DNA of 64,000 nt from an uncultured Eubacteriales bacterium (GTDB lineage Bacteria > Acidobacteriota > Aminicenantia > Aminicenantales > Saccharicenantaceae): positions 24,165-88,164 of the forward strand of contig CAYQZX010000029.1 of assembly GCA_964422165.1 (NCBI GenBank). The letters run 5' to 3'. Positions within the stretch are counted from its first letter, which is position 1. Each line of letters starts with the position of its first letter. The translations under genes and the position numbers were made by a program. Positions 18,963 through 27,265 of this stretch are shown here, in pieces. Below the pieces are notes generated by a model. It was not told where the DNA came from. It did not search any database and worked only from the letters and a program-made list of their open reading frames with translations.

Positions 18963-21917
18963 TTGTTGATTGCGCTCCTCGCGTTTCCATCCGTGGCCCA
19001 GATAACCCAGACCGGGACCCTGAACGGTACCGTTTACGACCAGGATAAACAGCCTCTTCCTGGGGTGACCGTATCGATTAAGTCACCGGCTCTGATTCTG
19101 CCCACCATGGAAACGGTGACTACCGAGCGCGGTCACTGGCGTTTTCCGGCTCTTCCTCCCGGAGAATATACAGTGACCTTCAAAATGCCTGGTTTTAAGA
19201 CTCTGGTTCGCGAAGGTATTAAAGTCAATGTCGGCGTCACTACCACTCTGGACGTTACCCTGGAACAATCAGCTCTTGAAGAAAGCATAACTGTAACCGG
19301 AGTGGCTCCGACTGTTGACATTCAAAGGACCACTATGACCGCCAGTCTGACCAGAGATGTTCTCCAGAGCCTGCCGGCTGGTAGAACCCTGGGTGCCTTT
19401 TTCAATATGGCTCCTGGAGTTACTTCCAACACCGTCCACGGCAGCTCTGAAAGAGAAAACACCTACAACATAGACGGTGTGAATGTGACTGAACCGGTTA
19501 CAGGAACCCAGGCAGGAACCTTTGGTATGGACATAATGGAAGAGCTATCAATCCAGACCGGTGGTCTTCCGGCTGAATATGGTTCTGTCCGCGGCGGTGT
19601 GGTTAACGTGGTAACCAGGTCCGGCGGTAATAAGTTCAGCGGCTCAGCCAGCTTCTATTACCGTAATAAAGACATGCAGAGCACCAACACCAAGGGAACC
19701 ATCTTTGAAGGTCAGACCGGTGGTTTTGATAAGGATTAAGAGCCAACAGCTAATCTGGCCGGGCCGATAATCAAAGACCGCATCTGGTTCTTCACCAATT
19801 TTGCTTACCAGAAAACCACAGAATTTGCTCTCGGCTATCCTTACAACCAGCCCAATCAGGTACCCCTGGATGTTACCAGGCCGCTGCCTTTTGTCAAACT
19901 GACCATTCAGGCTACCAAAAAAGACCGCTTTGTTTTATCTTTTAACTTCTCAGACCTGGTTAGAAATCATCGTGGCGCTTCCGCCTACGAAACAGTTGAC
20001 ACCACCTGGAAGCAGACAACCCCAATCTACACCTATAACTTTCACTGGACCCGCTTCTTTAACCCCAACTTCTACATGAACCTCAAAGCCGGATACATGG
20101 ATTATGCTCTTAACCTGATGGCCAAGAATGAAACCGTTTGGGTGTATGATGCCCGTTATTATTACCGCTACGGAAGCTACGGTTACGATGACATTTACAG
20201 CCGCAACCGATTCCAGGCATTAACCGATGGCACCTACTTTGTGGATGATTTTCTGGGTCGCCACGAATTTAAGGCTGGTTTTGAGTTTGAATACTCCTGG
20301 GACAGCCGCTGGAGAAGACACAACCGTGACCCCTGGGGATATGGCCCATTCTTATATGTACAGCTTCCGGCCGGTTACCCTCCTGACCAGATCCCCAAAG
20401 ACCTTAATACCCTTATCGACCGGGTAATTGCGGCTGGCATCAGCCCAACGGGGACCTATCCGTACATGGTCCATTATCAGGACTTTACCAGAAGAGACTG
20501 GAAGATGGTTTTTTCCGGTTTCATTCAGGACACCTGGTCTCCTACTTCCAGAATGACTTTCAACATTGGATTCCGCTTTGACCGTCAGGAAGGCATCTTA
20601 AAGAAGCAGGGTCAGGAAAGAACTCCGGTTGAATATCCACCGGGAAGCGGTACTATCTACGATCCAAGATTGAACGAAACCATAAAGCCAATCGTCTGGA
20701 ATACCCTGGCTCCACGTCTGGGCGCTGCTTTCGATCTGACCGGTGACGGTAAGACCGCCCTTAAAGTCAGCTTCTCCCGATATTACATTGCTAACATCAT
20801 GCAGTGGTTTGTAACCGTTAACCCCAATAGCTTCATATCCTGGAGAGTCCACTACATCGAAAATGACGGAACTGACCCCAATTATCCTATCGACCCGAAC
20901 AACCCTCTGACCAGACTGCGGCCCAACCCTGCCCGCTTGATGTACAGCTTCAGCGCCACTGCAGGAGCCACAATAGATCCAAATCTGAAATCTCCCTATC
21001 TTGATGAATTCATCATCGGTATTGAAAGAGAAATCCTGGCCAACACCAGGTTTGGAGTCCGTTACATCCGCAAATGGGACCGCAATCTAATTGAAGATGT
21101 TGACATCAACCGGCTGAACCTGAATTTCTATAAAGCCCTCTACTCAGTCAAAGGTCATGACGCAATTTTTGACCCTGGCTGCTGGTATGTCTTTGCTCCT
21201 GTTACTGCCGTCGATCCCTGGAACAATCAGACAGTTACTTTCTGGCGAAGGACCGATGGTCTGGCTACTCCCTCCAGGTCATTTATCACTAATCCTCCCG
21301 GTGCTAATAGAGATTACGACGGTGTGGAAGTTACTCTTAATAAGAGATTCTCCGATCGCTGGTCAGCCATAGTTTCTTATGTCTGGCAGAAATCCCGAGG
21401 CCTCATCGGAACTGACTTTGATGACAGCTGGTCAGGCGCTTCATATTTTAATGACCCCAACGCCCATACAAACGCCCTGGGTAATTTTGGTTATGAAAGA
21501 AGAAATCAGTTCAAAATCCAGGCTATGTGGCAGGGACCCTGGGGAATCATGATCAGCGGCTACTATCGGTTTCTCGACGGCCAGCGCTGGACCAGAAGAG
21601 TCCGAAGTACCGACCTCGGAGTAACTCTGCCTCAGGGAACCGTGACCATCTGGGCTGAGAGACGTGGTTCCAGAAGCCTACCTCCTCTCACTCTACTTGA
21701 CCTGAGAGTTGAAAAATCTTTCAAACTGCCATACAAAGCTGGACAGATTGGGATATTCTGCGATATCTTCAACGTGACCAATGTAGCTATACCCACCGGT
21801 GTCCACTCAATTTCCAGCAGTACCACTACAATAGCCGGAAAGAGGGTTTCTTTTGGCGAGCTGACCAGCCTGACCGACCCAAGAGTTTTCAGGTTGGGCG
21901 CCAGATACTCTTTCTAA
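18963..21917 (+). pseudogene. TonB-dependent-receptor-like outer-membrane protein with carboxypeptidase-regulatory-like N-domain, interrupted by in-frame TAA at 19737-19739
   Basis: ORFs 18963-19739 and 20076-21917 share one frame, and that frame is open from 19740 to 21917. Reading across gives ..GGFDKD*EPTANLAGPIIKDRIWFF... The N-domain has GTVYDQDKQPLPGVTVSI, there is a plug-like NIDGVNVTEP, and the C-terminal beta-signal is ..RVFRLGARYSF. The start is ambiguous: the frame is open from 18918, and the KRRK n-region has no canonical start upstream. Confidence 0.65.
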
Positions 21918-21938
21918 GCCGAAACTGACTTAAGATTA

Positions 21939-21966
21939 GGGGGCGCTGTTGCGCCCCCTTTTTTTT
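21939..21966 (+). terminator. Rho-independent terminator
   Basis: Perfect 8-bp GC-rich stem GGGGGCGC / GCGCCCCC with loop TGTT, followed by a run of 8 T, 22 nt after the stop at 21917. Confidence 0.85.
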
Positions 21967-22278
21967 CTGTTTTTTGAAATTTGCCTCTATTATTAAAAGG
22001 GAATATTAGCCCTTACTTTATTTATAAATTTAGGCGAGAGCTTCTTTTTTCACCATAAATTTAATTGTCTTTTTCAGTTTCCTGATCACTACTCATATAC
22101 ATCAAAGCCCAGTTCTTAATTAAATCCACCTGCTTAGAATCCAGAATCAACAGCAGATACCCATAGGCCATAAAAAATCCATTACTGGCAAATTTAAAAC
22201 CAGAAGGCTCTTGAACGGTCACCTGTGAATGCTCTTTGATTTTCGGCCAGAAAGTTATAAAATCATCGAGTGATACCC

Positions 22279-24021
22279 ATGGAGCAAGATAGGCGGAAAG
22301 CCCCCATTTCTTTCTGGGAACTTCAAAAAAAACAGCAGCGTCTTTCAATCCTTCTTTTTGGCCTTCTTCTGCTCTTTTACCTGCTGACCATCGGGTTGAT
22401 TTCTGCGGCCGTTTTTCTGAGCCTTGGTCTCTTTCTCCCGGGCTTAAACTACCCGCCGCAGTCCTTTTTCTTAAAATATGCTTTTCTGGTTCTACTAATC
22501 TCTCTAACTTTAACTCTTATTAACTTTCTTCAGGGCCGGAAAAAAGGCCTAACCTACATCCTCAAAAGCCTCAGGGCCTACCCCCCGGACCCTGAAGACC
22601 GCTACCATCTTAGCTTTCTTAACGTGGTGGAGGAGATGAAAATCTCTTCCGGACTTCCGGAGATTAAGGCTTATGTAATCCCTACGGTCAACCTGAATTC
22701 TTTGTCCTTAACAGATTTAGATGGAATCCCCGCTGTGGTCCTGACTGAAGGCTTGCTGGCTGAAGCCAGCCGGGATGAGTTGCAGGGGGTCGTGGCCCAT
22801 GAGGTCGCTCATATTTTGAAAGGTGATACTTTTTTCTTCACTCTGGTTTGCTCCTTTCTGTCTTTTTATGAAAAACTTATCGACTCTTTAGACCAGGAGA
22901 GAGAAAATAACCGCTTACTCAACCCCAAAAAACCAGGAACAAAGGAAACACCTCAACCTCTGGTTTACCTGGCCAGCCTGATATCTTATCTCTTGCTAAA
23001 TTTTTTTATAATACTAATCAGCCAGAAACGAGAGCTTCTGGCTGATGCCACCGCGGTTGAACTTACCCGAAATCCTGTATCCCTGGCCAGAATCATCTAC
23101 AAGGCTCATATAGCCAACTCTTACCTTGGAGATAGCTTTCTTTTCACCCCTCTTTTTCTGGTGCCACCCGATTCAAAGGAGATCAATGACACAATCCACG
23201 ACCGGTTTTTTAATACCCACCCACCGTTTATAAGCAGGTTAAAAATACTGGCTGAAATGGCTCATAAGAAGGTAGAAGAAATAATAGAAGAAGTAAAAAG
23301 CCAGGAGGAGCTCCGCGAGCAGAGCCGAACTGCCTATGATTATTCTGAAGAAAGCTGGACTTTATTTGAGGAAAAGATTAAAGAACTCCGGCTGGCCAAC
23401 CAGAAAAGCCTGGAAAAAGACAGAATCTGGATGATAAAGCAACCGGGAGGCAACTGGGAAGGACCTTTTGTTCTTGGAGCCCTGCTTGTCCGACCTGATT
23501 TTACACCGGCTGCCAGACTAAAAAATATAAAAGAGAACCTGGAAGGTCGAGCTAATGAATTCCCCCAGGTCCGGTTTGCTCTATACCGCCAGCTTAAGAA
23601 AGAACCTGTAGACCAGGCTAGACTCAACCTCTGTCCTACCTGCCAGAGCCAGCTTCTTGAAGCATTTTACGAAGGAGTAAAAATCAAAAAATGCCCGGTC
23701 TGCACTGGCAAGCTGATTGCCATGGATGACCTGGTAAAGATTCTATCCCGAAAAGAAATTAGATTCCCAGAAGCTTTGAAGCAGAAGGCTAATAGTCTTC
23801 AGGAGTCTCTCCTCAAAACTCGGGCCAGAAAAACTACCGGGCAAGAAAAGCCCGGAGCTTTCTGTCCTGAATGCGGTTTATTGATGACGGTCCGACCTTT
23901 CAGCTATCACTATTTAATTCCAGTTTACAAATGTTACAACTGTGGCCTGGTCTGGTTTGAGTCTCAGGAGCTGGAGTTAATCCAGATTCTGGTTGAACAA
24001 AAATACCAGAGAAAAGCCTGA
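22279..24021 (+). CDS. M48-family (HtpX-like) membrane zinc metalloprotease with two C-terminal zinc-ribbon domains
   Basis: HEVAHILKGD (HExxH) plus downstream ELLADATAVELT, and several TM segments. The C-terminus carries CPTCQSQL..CPVCTGKL and CPECGLLM..CYNCGLVWFESQELE (CxxC..CxxC ribbons of the zf-TFIIB-like type). ATG 22279 is preferred over GTG 22270. Confidence 0.8.
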   Translation: MEQDRRKAPISFWELQKKQQRLSILLFGLLLLFYLLTIGLISAAVFLSLGLFLPGLNYPPQSFFLKYAFLVLLISLTLTLINFLQGRKKGLTYILKSLRAYPPDPEDRYHLSFLNVVEEMKISSGLPEIKAYVIPTVNLNSLSLTDLDGIPAVVLTEGLLAEASRDELQGVVAHEVAHILKGDTFFFTLVCSFLSFYEKLIDSLDQERENNRLLNPKKPGTKETPQPLVYLASLISYLLLNFFIILISQKRELLADATAVELTRNPVSLARIIYKAHIANSYLGDSFLFTPLFLVPPDSKEINDTIHDRFFNTHPPFISRLKILAEMAHKKVEEIIEEVKSQEELREQSRTAYDYSEESWTLFEEKIKELRLANQKSLEKDRIWMIKQPGGNWEGPFVLGALLVRPDFTPAARLKNIKENLEGRANEFPQVRFALYRQLKKEPVDQARLNLCPTCQSQLLEAFYEGVKIKKCPVCTGKLIAMDDLVKILSRKEIRFPEALKQKANSLQESLLKTRARKTTGQEKPGAFCPECGLLMTVRPFSYHYLIPVYKCYNCGLVWFESQELELIQILVEQKYQRKA

Positions 24022-24119
24022 AAAAATTCAATTTACTCTGGTCTTTCCTCAGGTTATTTACCAGAGGCAGCAAATAATAATTTAATGAGAGTAAAACAGT
24101 GGTGAAAAAGAAACATTTT

Positions 24120-24128
24120 TGGTATAAT
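24120..24128 (+). promoter_or_regulatory. extended -10 promoter element (TGgTATAAT)
   Basis: TGGTATAAT lies about 165 nt upstream of the REC-TonB_C ORF. There is no good -35, which is consistent with an extended -10 promoter. Confidence 0.35.
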
Positions 24129-24293
24129 TTTAGCTCATCTTATGGCGTTAAAAATATAGCTATGCTCAGAGGGGAAATTTCATCCAGAAATTCACCCCTA
24201 AGGGTGATTGAAGATGATTTCCCTTCGTGAGATAGATAGGGTGCATCGGCCAGAACCTGATATGGGTTCAAACTTGACCGAAGAGGGTAGGAC

Positions 24294-26069
24294 ATGACCA
24301 AGAAAAAAATTTTATTGATTGACTTCGACCAGGAGTTTATTAAATTTCTAACCAAAACCCTGACTGATGAAGGTTATGAGGTCATTACTGCTTCAGACGG
24401 GCTTTCCGGCTTCGAGAAGTTCTCGGAAGTCCACCCCAACTTGGTTATTATGGAAGCCATGTTGCCCAAATTTCATGGTTTTGAGCTCTGCTCTCGTATC
24501 ACTTCCCACCCCACTAAAAAGGCCCCGGTAATTATCATTACTGGAATTTATAAAGATGCAGTTTATAAGACCGAAGCTCTTCGCAGTCTCGGCGCTTCAG
24601 CTTATTTTGAAAAACCGGTCAACTTGCAAGAACTTCTGGCAAAAATCTATGAACTTGCAGGCAAACCGGAGGTCAGGAAACCAGCAGTCGGTCCAGAGGA
24701 AGATTTGGATAAACTGCTGAAAGATGCTCTTTCCTTAAACCTGGGAAAAAAGGAACCTGCAGAAAAATCTCGCCCAGCTGAGAAACCGGCCAGAAAACCC
24801 GAGCCTATAAAACCTCAGGCAAAACCTAAAGAAGATGAAGTGGATCTAATCCTCAAGTCAAAGCTCAAAGACCTGATCAGCGAAACCGATGTCACCTCAC
24901 CTCCGCTCAATCAGCCAGCATCTAAACCAGAAAAAGAAAAGAGCACACCAAAGCCGGCCGAACCAAAAAAGGCAACAATTCCATCAACTCCTCCACCGGC
25001 TTCTGACACTCTGAAAAAAGCTTCAGCCGATGTTGCCTCAGTTTCTCCCTCATTTAAAACACCTTCGGTTCGACCTGAACCTAAGCCAGAGGTCCAGAAA
25101 GATACCCAGGCCGAAACTCAAACTGCTAAAACCGTAACAACTCCAATCTCTGCACCGGCTGAAGAAAAGCCCAGACCAGCTTCGGTTGCAGTCAGCTCTC
25201 CATTCAAGGGATATCTAAAGGAAGAGGAAGAAGAAGCAGAACCAAGGAAAAAAGGTGCGGGCAAATTTATCGGCCTGGCAGCTGGTATTCTGGTAGTCGC
25301 CGCTGGAATTGCCTTCTTCACCATGAAGAAGAAGGAATCCCCCTATTTTTCGCCTCAAACCAACAATCAGGTGGCTGCTCTTCAGACCAGCTCCGCGGAA
25401 CCTCCAAAAAATCAGCCTTCAGAAGAAGAATTAGCCAGAGAAATTGAAAAACAGCTGGAAGCTTACCGAAGTCAGAAAGCCCAGACCAGTAGTTCCAGTG
25501 CTCCCGCCAAAAATCCATCTCAGGACAACCAGCCTCAGAGGTCTGAACCAGCCCCGGCTGCTGCACCCCTGATTCCAAGAAGAGAGGCCCCTATAGCCAG
25601 TCTTTCCGGAAGCCAGACGCCTGCCTCCGCTCAGGCTCAAGCTGGAACAGAAAGGCCCACTTCCATCTCTACCCAGGCCACAGCGGAAGAAAAAGGGAAA
25701 TCGGCTGAGAATCAGAACCAGACCGAAGAACCCAGAGTTATCATTCCAGTGGACCAGATAAAGACCGGGGACCTGGTTCCTCTTAACACGGTTGACGTTG
25801 AACCCAGGATAGTTAAAACAGTAGAACCCATTTATCCTGAAGCCGACCGCAGGATGGGAATCAAAGGACAGGTTCTGCTCAACGTCCTGATCTCAGAAAC
25901 CGGAGATGTTTTGGATGTGGTCGTAATCCGTGGAATCAGAGGCTCGGTATCTTTAGAAAAAGAAGCAGTAAATGCCGTAAAAAAGTGGAAATTCTTGCCT
26001 GCTGAAAAAAATGGTATTAAAGTAAAAGTATGGAAGCCTATAACCATAGGATTCGGCCTGAATAAATAA
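24294..26069 (+). CDS. receiver(REC)-like domain / low-complexity linker / single TM / TonB C-terminal domain fusion protein
   Basis: Residues 1-120 are CheY-like, but the phospho-acceptor position reads VIMEAM (Glu54, GAA 24453-24455) instead of Asp. A K/P/E-rich segment follows, then TM FIGLAAGILVVAAGIAFFTM. The C-terminal PIYPEADRRMGIKGQVLLNVLISETGDVLDVVVIRG...AVKKWKFLPA is a TonB_C domain. Confidence 0.8.
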   Translation: MTKKKILLIDFDQEFIKFLTKTLTDEGYEVITASDGLSGFEKFSEVHPNLVIMEAMLPKFHGFELCSRITSHPTKKAPVIIITGIYKDAVYKTEALRSLGASAYFEKPVNLQELLAKIYELAGKPEVRKPAVGPEEDLDKLLKDALSLNLGKKEPAEKSRPAEKPARKPEPIKPQAKPKEDEVDLILKSKLKDLISETDVTSPPLNQPASKPEKEKSTPKPAEPKKATIPSTPPPASDTLKKASADVASVSPSFKTPSVRPEPKPEVQKDTQAETQTAKTVTTPISAPAEEKPRPASVAVSSPFKGYLKEEEEEAEPRKKGAGKFIGLAAGILVVAAGIAFFTMKKKESPYFSPQTNNQVAALQTSSAEPPKNQPSEEELAREIEKQLEAYRSQKAQTSSSSAPAKNPSQDNQPQRSEPAPAAAPLIPRREAPIASLSGSQTPASAQAQAGTERPTSISTQATAEEKGKSAENQNQTEEPRVIIPVDQIKTGDLVPLNTVDVEPRIVKTVEPIYPEADRRMGIKGQVLLNVLISETGDVLDVVVIRGIRGSVSLEKEAVNAVKKWKFLPAEKNGIKVKVWKPITIGFGLNK

Positions 26070-26094
26070 ATGGGTAAAAAAGGAGTCAACTGGT

Positions 26095-26334
26095 ATGAGC
26101 ATCACCAAAGAACAAGAGGAGCTGTACAAGAAGACTTTAGAGGATGTTCGGGCGCAATTGGCTGCCATTGATGCTGAGGTGGAGAAAGAACTTCAGAGAG
26201 TCAGGCAGACTCTGGCCCAGCTCCAGGAACAGAAGAAATCATTAAAAATGGTCTATGACGGTATTGCCAAACTACTGGGTATTGAAAGCAACCTGGAAGA
26301 AGAGTCTCCTGACACCACTATTCCTAAGGTGTAA
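26095..26334 (+). CDS. small coiled-coil hypothetical protein
   Basis: 79 aa with an aaggag SD 8 nt upstream. The sequence is heptad-like and E/K/Q-rich. It starts 25 nt after the REC-TonB_C stop. Confidence 0.5.
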   Translation: MSITKEQEELYKKTLEDVRAQLAAIDAEVEKELQRVRQTLAQLQEQKKSLKMVYDGIAKLLGIESNLEEESPDTTIPKV

Positions 26335-26491
26335 ATAGCTACCTAAAGCAAACCGACCTGGCCCGAGCCTCAATCAGGTATAAGAAAAAAAAGGGAACCA
26401 AAAATCAGCAAGATAATAATTGACTCGCTTGATAACTAACACTTTTTAAGGTATTTTATAACTCTATTTACTAAAGCTTGAAGACACCCTT

Positions 26492-27121
26492 ATGTTTATG
26501 GTAATCGGATTTTTCATCGGTTTTCTGGCCGCAGTCCCCGTTGGTCCGGTTAACATCTACATTATCTCCCAGACCTTAAAAAGAGATTTCTTTCACGGAA
26601 TGCTGGCTGGACTGACCACAGCCCTTCTGGATATGATTTATTGTCTGGTAGCTCTGGTAGGCTTTTTTCACATTTCCATAAACCTTGAAGGTCACAGTCA
26701 CTGGCTGAAGCTGGCCGCCGGTACCATTCTGCTCCTTCTCGGTCTAAAGCTATTACATGACGCTAAGGTTTTCAAATTCAGCCGGAAAGAAAAGAGCAGA
26801 CAAATTGTCCTCACTCCCAGGCCCCTACTTGGGGTTTTACTGCTTTACATTACCAACCCCTCTCTTTACGCTTTCTGGATAGCAGTAGCCGGAGCGGTTA
26901 CTGCCCATGGGCTGCTTAAAGAAGGCTTCTGGCCGGCTGTCTTTTTTGCTCTTGCCTGCGCTTTGGGAGCGATAACCTGGTATTTTTTTCTGGTCCGCTT
27001 TGTTTCCCATTACCAGGCGAGAATTCAGGAAAGAACCTTTAAAAAGCTTCTCTATGCCCTTGGCATTTTGCTGGTAGTTTTCGCCCTCATTACTTTTGGT
27101 TCTGGCCTGATAAAACTTTAA
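26492..27121 (+). CDS. LysE/RhtB-family amino-acid exporter
   Basis: 209 aa with about 6 TM segments. The N-terminal GFLAAVPVGPVNIYIISQTL is typical of LysE-type translocators. Confidence 0.75.
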   Translation: MFMVIGFFIGFLAAVPVGPVNIYIISQTLKRDFFHGMLAGLTTALLDMIYCLVALVGFFHISINLEGHSHWLKLAAGTILLLLGLKLLHDAKVFKFSRKEKSRQIVLTPRPLLGVLLLYITNPSLYAFWIAVAGAVTAHGLLKEGFWPAVFFALACALGAITWYFFLVRFVSHYQARIQERTFKKLLYALGILLVVFALITFGSGLIKL

Positions 27122-27265
27122 GGCCTTTAAGGCTAAACTCTGGGGTTTCAGACTATAAGAAAACTAAGAAAACAAGCAAAGGGAGTACGTTAAAAATAGG
27201 AGTTTTTTCATTCATAGCTAATTTTCTATTTTCAGGACTGAATTTTTCTTGTAAAATTAGCTGGC

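Noticed and set aside
22061-22348. 95-aa minus-strand ORF between the receptor terminator and the M48 gene
   Set aside because: Its first 70-80 nt overlap the M48 start region, it has no recognisable SD or motif, and it is Met-poor. It could be real, since it would fill a 360-bp gap, but I cannot support it from sequence alone.
24129-24293. TPP-riboswitch-like fragments (GGGTGC, GAACCTGAT) and a hairpin (about 24167-24198) in the leader of the REC-TonB_C gene
   Set aside because: The fragments are in the wrong order, and the CUGAGA/P3 and CUGG..CCAG P4-P5 elements are missing, so this is not a THI element. The hairpin alone is not diagnostic. A covariance-model scan would settle it.
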